Source: an uncultured bacterium (lineage in GTDB: Bacteria; Zixibacteria; MSB-5A5; CAIYYT01). From it: a stretch of DNA of 64,000 bases. The position numbers and the translations under genes are program-made. Under the pieces are notes generated by a model, which saw only the letters and a program-made list of their open reading frames with translations, was not told the DNA's origin and did not search any database. Below are positions 11,440 to 20,593 of the stretch, in pieces. The stretch lies in the NCBI GenBank assembly GCA_963726455.1, contig CAVSCK010000004.1:1600001-1664000 (forward strand). Reading direction: 5' to 3'. Numbering within the stretch: the first letter of the stretch is position 1; the number at the start of each line of letters is the position of its first letter.

Positions 11440-12252
11440 TTAACCGTAGCTTTCCGAGTCGTTAGGATAGTTGCCGCTGCGGATGTCGGCGGCGAATTGT
11501 GAAGCGACCTCGCGCATCTTGGCTCCGAAATCAAAGTAACGGCGGACAAATTTGGGTACGAAATCTCCGCTGGCGCCGATGATATCGTTGGTCACGATGA
11601 TCTGGCCATCGGTTCCGGCTCCGGCACCGATTCCGATGGTCGGTATTTCCAGACTCGCGGAAATCTTGGCGGCGATTTCATTCTTCATGGCCTCCAAGAC
11701 AATCGCAAAGCAACCTGCGTCCTCTAAAGCATGCGCTGATTCCAGGAGGTAGTTTCGGGCGCGTTCGGTCTTGCCCTGTACTTTGTAGCCACCGAACTTG
11801 TTGATTGATTGCGGCGTTAGTCCGATATGCCCCATCACCGGGATACCGATCTCAGTGATTTTGCGAATGCGGGCTGCCATCTCGATACCGCCTTCCAGCT
11901 TGACACCGACAGCACCTCCCTCGGAAAGAAAGCGTCCGGCATTAGCGATTGCGTCGGAGTCAGAGGTCTGGTAGGACATGAACGGCATGTCGCCGATCAC
12001 GCACGCATATTGCACCGCACGGCTCACTGCGTCCGTGTGCGCGATCATCATGTCCATGGTCATGGACAGGGTGTCCTTCTTGCCGTAGATCACGTTGCCC
12101 ATCGAGTCGCCGACGAGTATACCGTCAATTCCGGCATCATCGAGAGCGCGGGCGGTATAGAAGTCGTAGGCAGTCATCCAGACTATTTTCTTGCCCTTCT
12201 TCTTCATACTGGTGTAAGCCAGTGTCGTAATCTTGTCGCGTGATTCAGCCAT
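11440..12252 (-). CDS. panB: 3-methyl-2-oxobutanoate hydroxymethyltransferase
   Basis: TAYD, LVGDS, DMPFMSY, VKLEGG, GHIGLTPQS, IGIGAG. Confidence 0.97.
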   Translation of the reverse strand: MAESRDKITTLAYTSMKKKGKKIVWMTAYDFYTARALDDAGIDGILVGDSMGNVIYGKKDTLSMTMDMMIAHTDAVSRAVQYACVIGDMPFMSYQTSDSDAIANAGRFLSEGGAVGVKLEGGIEMAARIRKITEIGIPVMGHIGLTPQSINKFGGYKVQGKTERARNYLLESAHALEDAGCFAIVLEAMKNEIAAKISASLEIPTIGIGAGAGTDGQIIVTNDIIGASGDFVPKFVRRYFDFGAKMREVASQFAADIRSGNYPNDSESYG

Positions 12253-12914
12253 TATAACCCCAGCATTTCATCTCCGCGGGTGAAGTAGCGCGTGCCCTGG
12301 CGCATTTCCGCGATCTGCGTAAAGATTTCATCGAGGTGTTTCGAGTTCTCGACAAAATCCAGCCGATCGGTCTTAATCACCAAGAGCGGAGTCCGGTTAT
12401 AGTGAAAGAAGTAATGATTGTAAGCTTCCACGACCGCCGTCAAATATTCGGCGTCAAAGTTCCTCTCATAGACAATATTCCGCTTCTTTATACGTGCCAT
12501 CAGGACTTCCACGGAAGCGGTTAGAAACACAACGAGATCGGGCTTGGGAAGATTCTTTCTCAGCAGTTCGGCCACCTGCCTGTAAAGCGCCAACTCATCC
12601 TCGGTGAGGTTGGATTGAGCGAAGAGCAAATCCTTCTCGAAAGTATAGTCGGCGACGATCTTCTTCTTGAAAAGATCGTATTCGAGCAATTCCTTCTGCT
12701 GGGCATAGCGAGACAACAGGAAAAAGAACTGGGTTTGCAGAGCGTAACGTTTCCTGTCGTGATAGAATTCCTTCAGGAACGGATTCTTGTCGGCCTCTTC
12801 CAGAACGAGATGGCCGCCGATCCGATCGGCGAGAATGCGGCAGAAAGTCGTCTTGCCGACGCCGATTGGACCGTCGACGGCTACATAGCGGAGATGGGCA
12901 AAGCGATCATCCAT
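12252..12914 (-). CDS. Deoxynucleoside kinase family protein
   Basis: DGPIGVGKTT P-loop, NPFLKEFY, QFFFLLSR, PDLVVFL; conserved folK-dNK-panB order. Confidence 0.9.
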   Translation of the reverse strand: MDDRFAHLRYVAVDGPIGVGKTTFCRILADRIGGHLVLEEADKNPFLKEFYHDRKRYALQTQFFFLLSRYAQQKELLEYDLFKKKIVADYTFEKDLLFAQSNLTEDELALYRQVAELLRKNLPKPDLVVFLTASVEVLMARIKKRNIVYERNFDAEYLTAVVEAYNHYFFHYNRTPLLVIKTDRLDFVENSKHLDEIFTQIAEMRQGTRYFTRGDEMLGL

Positions 12915-13395
12915 GATAGACTTCCACCCTCTGAGTTGGATCGTTGAGATTCGCCAGACAATCGCGATAAGGACGCTTATCGATCTGGCAGTATTCCTGC
13001 GGCTCGATTTCAAGAAGCGGCACCAGCACAAAGCGGCGGCGGCACATTGCCGGATGCGGAAGTTGCAGCCGCTGCGTATCGGCACGTTCGTTGTCGAACA
13101 GTAGAATATCGAGGTCTATGCACGAGGCTCCCTTGTTCTGCTTGGGCACGACGTTTAGCATTGCTTCTACACTCTGAATCTTTTCCAAAAGCTTGACCGA
13201 GGTCAGCTTGGTACCGATTTCTACCACGCAATTGATAAAATCGGGCTGGTCGGTATTCTCAACTGGTGAGGTCTCGTAAAGGGATGAGCGTTTCGACACG
13301 GTGAGGTCGCGGTCGGACTGAAGGCGTTTGAGCGCTTCTTGTATATTGGCGACACGATCGCCGAGATTTGAGCCACAGGCAATGAGCTTACTGAT
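12907..13395 (-). CDS. folK: 2-amino-4-hydroxy-6-hydroxymethyldihydropteridine diphosphokinase
   Basis: In-frame IACGSNLGDR upstream of the track ORF, SSLYETSP, QPDFIN, IDLDILLF, LPHP, RRFVLVPL. Confidence 0.92.
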   Translation of the reverse strand: MSKLIACGSNLGDRVANIQEALKRLQSDRDLTVSKRSSLYETSPVENTDQPDFINCVVEIGTKLTSVKLLEKIQSVEAMLNVVPKQNKGASCIDLDILLFDNERADTQRLQLPHPAMCRRRFVLVPLLEIEPQEYCQIDKRPYRDCLANLNDPTQRVEVYHG

Positions 13396-13397
13396 AG

Positions 13398-13757
13398 CTA
13401 CTCCCTTGATCTCTGGATTTCTACTTCGATATGGTCGAGATTTCCCGGTATCGGCGGAATCATCTTGCGGACGCGAACGACCACCTGACGGATATGGTCG
13501 ATTTGCAGCACGCGTTCGGCAATGTCAGCGGCAATGGCCTCCAACAGTGAATAGCGTTTGCCGTTCAGCACTGACTCGACAATGCGATAGACTTCGGCGT
13601 AATTGACCGTATCAGACAGTTTGTCAGACTTGGCCGGTACAGATAGATCGAGATGCAGGTCGCAGTCGACTTCATACCTGCGGCCGGTTTCCTTTTCCGC
13701 AGCACTCACGCCGTGGTAGCCGTAAAAAGTCATGTTCTTGAGGCGGATCACGTCCAT
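13398..13757 (-). CDS. folB: Dihydroneopterin aldolase
   Basis: MDVIRLKNMTFYGYHGV, E...GRRYEVD, SDKLSDTVNY, LLE, VRVRK. Confidence 0.95.
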   Translation of the reverse strand: MDVIRLKNMTFYGYHGVSAAEKETGRRYEVDCDLHLDLSVPAKSDKLSDTVNYAEVYRIVESVLNGKRYSLLEAIAADIAERVLQIDHIRQVVVRVRKMIPPIPGNLDHIEVEIQRSRE

Positions 13758-14938
13758 CAGTCGGCCCTCCGCTGCAACCGGGACTTGATCGGCTGGTAGG
13801 CGCGCACGAAGTGGCTCATTGCCTCTCGCAGGCGATCCGGTTCGAGATTGGCTGCGATTCTGACCCAACCCTCTCCCTCTTCGCCGAAGGCAACACCGGG
13901 AGCAACGAGAACTTCGCGCCGCCGCAAGAGCGCACGGGCGAAACCAACCGAGAGTCGTCCATGACGAAGTTTGACCCAGACAAAACCGGCGCCAGTTGAG
14001 GGATAGAATTCGATGCCCGCTGCTTGCAGCGATTCGGTAATTACAGCCACTCGTTTGCCGATTTCGTCGCGACAACGGTTAATGTGGCTGCTGAATGCAT
14101 CGGTCGACGCAAAGAATGACGCCGCGTAATTAAGCAGAGGCGTGCTGGGCAATAAGCCAAGCGAACGCCCTATTGTTGCCAGCGGTTCCAGCATGCGTTT
14201 GCGGCCGATAATGGCGGCAAGTTTCAATTGAGGCGCCGCCAGAGTGGTCGAAAGACTTATCAATTCAAGTCCCACCTTACTCCGCTGACGTGCTTGGCAG
14301 AACAGCGGCGGCCTGAAATTACCCGAGTATGAGAGCGCGTAAGAAGAATCAACTATTACCAGCACGTTTGCTTCGGAGGCCATACGATACAATCGCGCGT
14401 AGAAATTTTCGTCGGCGACGGCTCCGGTCGGATTGTTCGGCGACGTGATAAAGAACACGCTTGGCGCCTTGGAAGCGGTGCTGTTGAGTTGCTCCAAGTT
14501 CGCAAGGTAATCGTTGCGCTGGTGCAGCGGACACAGACGCGGCTTGCCATCGAAAAGCTGAACCATCTTCCGGTAGCCGTCAAAACCGGGATCGGGAATA
14601 TGGCAGATCGTTCCGGCATCAACGAATTGCGCTGCAATCAGCAGCAGGGCCGGGCGCATTCCCGAGACCAGCAGGATTTCCTCGTTCGGATCGATGTCGG
14701 CCTGATATTCGCGATGGAGATAATCGGCCAGAACTGGTTTGATAGTTGCTGGATCGGAGGAAGAACCAGGATCGGTCGCTTCTGGCGGAACTGTAAGTGA
14801 GTACCTGCCGAGATCGACGATGCTCTTGCCTCGTCGTTCCAGATTGCGGCGCAGGCCCTCGAGTTCACTCAGGAACGGTGTCGGCAGTTGCTGTATGCGT
14901 TCAGCCGCGCTTAATACAACGCGTCTGGGGATCTTCAC
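13757..14938 (-). CDS. Class I/II aminotransferase homolog (LL-DAP aminotransferase-like), PLP lysine apparently replaced
   Basis: PDPGF, SPNNPTGAV, VDSSY, PGVAFGEEGEGWVRI; SLSK motif reads SLST. Confidence 0.8.
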   Translation of the reverse strand: MKIPRRVVLSAAERIQQLPTPFLSELEGLRRNLERRGKSIVDLGRYSLTVPPEATDPGSSSDPATIKPVLADYLHREYQADIDPNEEILLVSGMRPALLLIAAQFVDAGTICHIPDPGFDGYRKMVQLFDGKPRLCPLHQRNDYLANLEQLNSTASKAPSVFFITSPNNPTGAVADENFYARLYRMASEANVLVIVDSSYALSYSGNFRPPLFCQARQRSKVGLELISLSTTLAAPQLKLAAIIGRKRMLEPLATIGRSLGLLPSTPLLNYAASFFASTDAFSSHINRCRDEIGKRVAVITESLQAAGIEFYPSTGAGFVWVKLRHGRLSVGFARALLRRREVLVAPGVAFGEEGEGWVRIAANLEPDRLREAMSHFVRAYQPIKSRLQRRAD

Positions 14939-15609
14939 TCGCGGCCTCCGGTAAAGGGAAACCCGGACTCCCCCTCATCCAATTCGTCGTCTTCGAGATT
15001 AGACGCGTCCTCATCGAAGATTGTCGAAATATCGGCAATCATTCGCGAGAGATAGATGGTCTTGGCAATCTGCTCGGCCGTCTCGACCCGGAAGAATGCT
15101 TCCATGAGGTTGGCTCCGAACGCGACGATGCCGTGATTCTCTAACAGGAATGTATGATAGTCAACGATGACTAATCCGAGCTGGTCGGCCAGTTCCTTGG
15201 TGCCCGGCTCCGCGAACGGCACGAACGGAATTTCGCCGAAGACGGCCTTGCCTTCCGGCAATTCAGTAACGTCGAGGTCGATACCCGCCATAGCAAACGC
15301 GGTCGCGTAGGGCGGATGGGCATGGACGGCCGCCCGAAATTCGGGGCGCGAAGAATATCCGTGCAGGTGCAGCAGAAACTCCGATGACTGCTTCAACTGC
15401 GAGTCGATCACTGTTCCCGCCGGAGTCATTGGTACGATATCTTCCGGTTGGAGCATTCCCTTGCATTTGCCGGCTGGCGTTATAAGAATTCGCTCAGCAT
15501 CGGCACGGCACGAAAGATTGCCCTGCGTTCCCACTATTAACCCCTTGTCATAGAGTAACTTGCCAACGAGACAGAGTTGCTCCCTGAGGACACCATCCTT
15601 GATCGACAA
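14935..15609 (-). CDS. Class II aldolase/adducin family protein
   Basis: GNLS, ITP.G..KG, SSE..LH, HAHPPY, LLENHG (Zn-binding His triad). Confidence 0.9.
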   Translation of the reverse strand: MSIKDGVLREQLCLVGKLLYDKGLIVGTQGNLSCRADAERILITPAGKCKGMLQPEDIVPMTPAGTVIDSQLKQSSEFLLHLHGYSSRPEFRAAVHAHPPYATAFAMAGIDLDVTELPEGKAVFGEIPFVPFAEPGTKELADQLGLVIVDYHTFLLENHGIVAFGANLMEAFFRVETAEQIAKTIYLSRMIADISTIFDEDASNLEDDELDEGESGFPFTGGRE

Positions 15610-15727
15610 CCAGCTTCCCTCCAGAAAACGTCAATCTGCCGGGAAACTCCGCCTTTGTCAAGGCAAATCTAGGATTAGCATGGCTGCGTACAAGCTGCAA
15701 GAGCAAACTGAAATCAAGGAGTTGACT

Positions 15728-16138
15728 ATGATCAAGCGAATGTCGCACACAACCATCTTCGTTACGAATCAAGAAGAGGCATTGCAGTTTTACACCAGGA
15801 AGCTCGGCTTCGAAGTTCGCACCGACCAGACTGCACCAAACGGTTTTCGCTGGCTGACGATTGCATCAAAGGCGCAACCGGATTTGGAAATCATTCTGAT
15901 GGAGCCGAAGGCAGGCATGATGTGTGATGAGGAAACGGCCACACAGATCCGCCAGCTTGTTGCGAAGGGAGCAATGGGCGCCATGGTATTCGAAACCGAC
16001 GACTGCCGCAAAACTTATGAGGAGTTGAAGAGCAAGGGCGTGGAATTCAAATGCCCGCCCCAGGAGCAACCGTACGGAATCGAAGCTATCATGCTCGACA
16101 ATTCCGGTAACTGGTTCAGCGTCACCCAACGCAAATAG
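15728..16138 (+). CDS. VOC/glyoxalase family protein
   Basis: HTTIFVTNQEEALQFYTRKLGF, FETDDCRKTYEELKSKGVEF, DNSGNWF; SD AAGGAG before ATG 15728. Confidence 0.9.
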   Translation: MIKRMSHTTIFVTNQEEALQFYTRKLGFEVRTDQTAPNGFRWLTIASKAQPDLEIILMEPKAGMMCDEETATQIRQLVAKGAMGAMVFETDDCRKTYEELKSKGVEFKCPPQEQPYGIEAIMLDNSGNWFSVTQRK

Positions 16139-16193
16139 GCACACTTGGGCGGTTTTTGTGGCGAAAAGGCCGCAAACTTGACATATACCAGAA

Positions 16194-16242
16194 TACGTAT
16201 ATATTGTGGCGGTTAAGTCGTTGAAAACACTACATATAGTGT
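16194..16242 (+). promoter_or_regulatory. Tandem NrdR boxes upstream of nrdJ
   Basis: TACGTATATATTGTGG (16194-16209) and ACACTACATATAGTGT (16227-16242) fit the acaCwAtATaTwGtgt consensus, 33 bp apart, upstream of an RNR gene. Confidence 0.8.
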
Positions 16243-16260
16243 TTTTTCAAAATTTTATAT

Positions 16261-16289
16261 TTGACAGGTTTGCGGCTTTCTGCTAATCT
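16261..16289 (+). promoter_or_regulatory. sigma70-like promoter of nrdJ
   Basis: TTGACA-17 nt-TAATCT; a second TTGACA-16 nt-TATATT at 16178-16205 overlaps NrdR box 1. Confidence 0.6.
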
Positions 16290-16449
16290 GCGCCCCGCGT
16301 CGCCATAAGCGAGCGGCGAACTCGGGTGACGCGAGAACGCAAAAGTGATTTCCAACCGGGAGGTTGGAATAGTAAACTTAAGGGAAGCTAGGACGATCTC
16401 AATTAATAGTCCCAGTCATCTCGCAGAGCTACTTTGAGGGAGAGAGCCA

Positions 16450-18759
16450 ATGCAGGGATTTGCCAAAAAAACGCTGACAGAGAACGCGCTGCGTGTGTTG
16501 GAGCGGCGCTATCTGGCCAAGGATGCCGAAGGCCGGACGACCGAAACGCCTGACCAATTGTTTCGACGCGTCGCCGGCGCAGTCGCGTTACCGGACAAAA
16601 ACTACGGGGTCACTGACGATCAGATCAAACAGGCATCCGAAGACTTCTACGAGATGGTTGCCAAGCTGGAGTTCATGCCGAACTCCCCTACCCTGATGAA
16701 CGCCGGCCGACCGCTCGGTCAGTTATCTGCCTGCTTCGTGCTGCCCGTCGGCGACTCGATGGAAGAGATCTTCGAGACCATCAAGCACGCGGCATTGATC
16801 CATAAGTCTGGCGGCGGCACGGGATTTTCGTTCTCCCGCCTGCGCCCCAGAAATTCCGTTGTGGCATCGACCTCAGGTGTGGCCTCGGGACCGGTTTCGT
16901 TCATGAAAGTATTCAACTCGGCGACCGAAGCAGTCAAGCAGGGCGGAACCCGTCGCGGCGCCAACATGGGAATCTTGCGCGTTGACCACCCCGACATTGA
17001 AGAGTTCATCTCCTGCAAGGATGACGTGACCCAAATCACCAATTTCAATATCTCGATCGCGATCACGGATGAGTTCATGAATGCCGTGAAAGAAAACCGC
17101 CATTACGCGTTGATCAATCCCCGCACCGGCACGGAATACATGGTTAACGGCGAGGTGGTCACCAAGCATGCGCCGACCGTGTTCAATCTGATAATCAAGC
17201 ATGCGTGGTCAACCGGCGAACCGGGGATCATCTTCATCGACCGGATGAATCAGACGGCGCCCTGCCCGGATTATGAAACCATTGAGGCGACCAACCCCTG
17301 TGGCGAGCAGCCGCTGCCGCCTTACGATTCGTGCAACCTGGGTTCGATTAACCTCGGCGAGATGGTTCTGGATGAGTTTCCGCGTGACTATGATCCCAAA
17401 CAGGAGCCGGAAAAAGGCGTTGATTGGGACAAACTCGGGCGGTTGGTCAAGAACGTCGTGCACTTCCTGGATAACATCATAGACGCCAACAAATATCCGA
17501 TCCCGGAAATCGAGCAGCAGACTTTGCGCAACCGGCGCATCGGACTCGGCGTTATGGGCTGGGCTGATATGCTGGTCAAGATGCGCGTGCCGTACAACAG
17601 CGACGCGGCGTTCCGTCTTGGTGAACGCGTGATGGAATTCATCAACAGCGAAGGGCACATTCAGTCAAGTGAATTGGCCAAGACGCGCGGCAAGTTCCCC
17701 AACTGGGAGCACTCGCGTTTTGCCACCGAGGGTGTCGCCATGCGTAACGCCACGGTGACGACCATCGCGCCGACCGGAACGATTTCGATTATCGCCGGCT
17801 GTTCATCGGGAATCGAGCCCTATTACGCCGTGTCGTTCGTGCGCAATGTGATGGACAACACCAAGCTAGTAGAGGTCAATCCGCAGTTTGAGAAGATTGC
17901 CAAGCAGCGCGGATTTTACAGCCAGGAATTGATGGAGCGCATCGCGCAGGACAATTCGCTGAAGAATTTCGAAGAAATTCCATCTGACGTGCGCGAACTA
18001 TTTGTCACGGCTGCGGATGTCAGTCCGAAAGAACATATTCGAATGCAGGCCGTGTTCCAGAAGAATTGCGATTCGTCGGTGTCCAAAACGATCAACATGG
18101 ATAACTCGGCGACCGAGCAGGATGTTTTTGATGCTTACTGGTACGCCTACGAACTCGGCTGCAAGGGCGTGACCATTTATCGCGACGGTTCGCGTCCGAT
18201 GCAGGTACTGTCTACCGGAAAGACCGCCGCCAAGACTGAAAAAGCAGAGGCGGCTCCCGCACCAATCGTTGAAGCTCCCAAGGCAGTGAGCGAACCGGCG
18301 CCGGCAACCAACAAGCAGATCGAAGCGCGTCCCGATGTGTTGACCGGTATCACCGAACGTATTCGCACCGGTTACGGCAACTTGTTCATCACGATCAACA
18401 GCAAGGATGACAAGCCGTTTGAGGTGTTCGCGCAGATCGGCAAATCGGGTTGGTCGACAATGGCCGACACCGAGGCGATCTGCCGTCTGATCTCGCTGGC
18501 CTTGCGTGCGAGTGTACCCGTGGATGCGATTATCGAACAATTAGCCGGCATCGGTGGCGAGTCACCGTTATTCCAGAATGGCGAATTGATCAAGTCGATT
18601 CCGGACGCCATCAGCATGGTGCTAAAGAAGCATTTCGGCAACGGCAAGAATTACCGCCGCGAATCCAACTACGGCGATGTCTGCCCCGACTGCGGCACCA
18701 AGCTCGAGCACGACTCGGGATGTGTAACTTGCAGAGGGTGCGGCTACAACCGCTGCTAG
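16450..18759 (+). CDS. nrdJ: Adenosylcobalamin-dependent (class II) ribonucleotide reductase with C-terminal TSCPD/Zn-ribbon region
   Basis: FMPNSPTLMNAG, QLSACFVL, QGGTRRGANM, ATNPCGEQPL, TIAPTGTISII, SVSKTIN, KGVTIYRDGSR, C-terminal CPDC...CRGC; no beta subunit nearby. Confidence 0.95.
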   Translation: MQGFAKKTLTENALRVLERRYLAKDAEGRTTETPDQLFRRVAGAVALPDKNYGVTDDQIKQASEDFYEMVAKLEFMPNSPTLMNAGRPLGQLSACFVLPVGDSMEEIFETIKHAALIHKSGGGTGFSFSRLRPRNSVVASTSGVASGPVSFMKVFNSATEAVKQGGTRRGANMGILRVDHPDIEEFISCKDDVTQITNFNISIAITDEFMNAVKENRHYALINPRTGTEYMVNGEVVTKHAPTVFNLIIKHAWSTGEPGIIFIDRMNQTAPCPDYETIEATNPCGEQPLPPYDSCNLGSINLGEMVLDEFPRDYDPKQEPEKGVDWDKLGRLVKNVVHFLDNIIDANKYPIPEIEQQTLRNRRIGLGVMGWADMLVKMRVPYNSDAAFRLGERVMEFINSEGHIQSSELAKTRGKFPNWEHSRFATEGVAMRNATVTTIAPTGTISIIAGCSSGIEPYYAVSFVRNVMDNTKLVEVNPQFEKIAKQRGFYSQELMERIAQDNSLKNFEEIPSDVRELFVTAADVSPKEHIRMQAVFQKNCDSSVSKTINMDNSATEQDVFDAYWYAYELGCKGVTIYRDGSRPMQVLSTGKTAAKTEKAEAAPAPIVEAPKAVSEPAPATNKQIEARPDVLTGITERIRTGYGNLFITINSKDDKPFEVFAQIGKSGWSTMADTEAICRLISLALRASVPVDAIIEQLAGIGGESPLFQNGELIKSIPDAISMVLKKHFGNGKNYRRESNYGDVCPDCGTKLEHDSGCVTCRGCGYNRC

Positions 18760-18850
18760 GGTGTGGACTGTCTGGCGTCGTTATTTCCACGAAAGTGGGA
18801 ATCCGGGCTGATTCGTTGCCCGGATAAAACCTAATTCGAAATCAATCAAC

Positions 18851-18879
18851 GGCGCGTGTCCGACGCGCCTTTTGTTTTT
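18851..18879 (+). terminator. Intrinsic terminator after nrdJ
   Basis: GGCGCGT-gtccg-ACGCGCC followed by TTTTGTTTTT. Confidence 0.7.
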
Positions 18880-18971
18880 GCGTTTATGACGCAGCAGGCG
18901 AGGACGACTGTCGCGCACAAAATCCCCCCTACGTGGTGCGCTTCACAGAATATCACGCGTGAGGTTAGGAG

Positions 18972-19313
18972 CTACTTCTCATCCAGCGCCACGGCTTGTT
19001 TGATATAGTAGCGTAACGCGGTCTCATTCATGTCTTTGAGATTCTTGATCTTCACGTGCTTCGACACCTTGCCTACACCCCTCAGCAAGCCGTATTTGTC
19101 CTTCAATTCCGCGCCGCGTGAAAAAGCAAAGGTGATGTCCTTCTTGGTAGGGCTGATAACCGCAATGATCCGCCTGCCCTTGAAGACAGGAATTCCATAA
19201 CCTATGGCCTCTTTCAGATTGGGCGCGGTCTCACGTACAAGTTTGCGAATTGTCGCAACGATGTCACGATGTTCCGGCAGGACTTTCAATTTTACGAATT
19301 CGTCGACGGTCAT
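18972..19313 (-). CDS. DUF1801 (YdhG-like) protein
   Basis: MTVDEFV, IRKLVRETAP..KEAIGYGIPVF, F..GA.L.D..GLL.G.GK..KHVKI. Confidence 0.8.
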   Translation of the reverse strand: MTVDEFVKLKVLPEHRDIVATIRKLVRETAPNLKEAIGYGIPVFKGRRIIAVISPTKKDITFAFSRGAELKDKYGLLRGVGKVSKHVKIKNLKDMNETALRYYIKQAVALDEK

Positions 19314-19363
19314 TACCACGGGCACACCTACATCCGGAATCAAACAACTGAATCGTTTGCGAG

Positions 19364-20068
19364 CTACTTGAAGCTCTTGCTGAACGCGTCGATCTGCTGA
19401 CCGATTGAGGTCAGGGTGTTGTCGACGTCAGCAGTCGTGTAGTCGCCGCTGTCGATCATCTTCTGGCCGACGACGGCAATATCATAGGCGGCCTTCTTGG
19501 TCTTATCGTCAAGCGGCCTTCCGCTCCAGGCATAGGCAAACTGCAGCTCGTTGACGGCGGCCTTCAGATCATGCCCGACAATTCCCGCAGCGCGGTCATC
19601 CCAATTGTCCTTTGCCTTGAGGTAGTGATGCAGGGCCAGCGCCAGATTGGCGCGCGCATAGGTGGTATCGAGCATACCTGATGGCGGCATGGTTCCCTTC
19701 TTGAGTTCATCCACGACTTGTTTCAGTTGAGTCTCCGACTGCTTGAGCATCGGCTTGGCCTCCGGCGTAGCGCGGCCGGCCTCGAGGCGCATGTACAACA
19801 CACCGTGGTTCAATTGTTGGGCGGCTTCCTTGCTGTTGCCGCGCTTGAGGGCATCCCGCGCCTGCAGGAAGAACTGCTGGTGCAGTTGCTGATCCATGTA
19901 TTCCACCCAGGACTCTTCCTCAACCCAGAAACCTCCACCCTGGTTGGTCACTTCGGTCAAGGAGTCGGCCGCTGATCGAAGCTTGACCGCGTCAGTGGCA
20001 AATCCCGGTTGTCCAAAAACCATCATGGCCATCAGCGCCAATACGATAGATGTGATAATGTGTTTCAC
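19364..20068 (-). CDS. Hypothetical secreted alpha-helical protein
   Basis: GTG start after GGAGG, signal peptide KHIITSIVLALMAMMVFGQPGFA. Confidence 0.7.
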   Translation of the reverse strand: MKHIITSIVLALMAMMVFGQPGFATDAVKLRSAADSLTEVTNQGGGFWVEEESWVEYMDQQLHQQFFLQARDALKRGNSKEAAQQLNHGVLYMRLEAGRATPEAKPMLKQSETQLKQVVDELKKGTMPPSGMLDTTYARANLALALHHYLKAKDNWDDRAAGIVGHDLKAAVNELQFAYAWSGRPLDDKTKKAAYDIAVVGQKMIDSGDYTTADVDNTLTSIGQQIDAFSKSFK

Positions 20069-20341
20069 GATACCTCCATCAGACTTACCATTAGTCATTT
20101 GTTGATCCAAGAAAGCTCATTTCCCTCTGCGCCCGGGCGAAGTCCAGTTGACGCTTGGGTTTCGGCGTCGCCTGTTGACTTGCCCCAAATTCCAGCAACC
20201 CCTTGCATAATAAGAAGCAAACCGAAGTTAGCAATATGCAATCGGTCTGTCAATAGCGAGGACAAAATAGCATTTGGCCAAGCCCATGCAGGATCGCGCC
20301 TTGAACGCTCAAGACCAGCCGAAGATTCAGGAAAAAGGGAG

Positions 20342-20370
20342 TTGACAAACCACTTAGATTTGCTTATTCT
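20342..20370 (+). promoter_or_regulatory. sigma70-like promoter about 220 nt upstream of the FG-GAP/dockerin gene
   Basis: TTGACA-17 nt-TATTCT. Confidence 0.55.
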
Positions 20371-20593
20371 GGCAATAGAAATTCCACAGTGTGTTCCTTC
20401 CGGAGGGTTTAAGGCAGAGTTTTTATTGCTAGCTCGTATAGCGGGCTTTGACAATAACTACTGCGGTCGTGTTCAGGCGACTGGCAGTTTAAGCGCGCCT
20501 TGTTCTGTAATTCGGAGGTTGTTCAACTCCGGTCTTTGTGAGAATTTTGGCGACTCTGCCAAAATCCAAGTCAGATAGGTTAGGGAGGTTGTA

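Noticed and set aside
16290-16449. Cobalamin riboswitch before nrdJ
   Set aside because: No recognisable GGGAA..GGTG.AA.TCC...GCCCCCGC or GCCACTG B12-box arrangement
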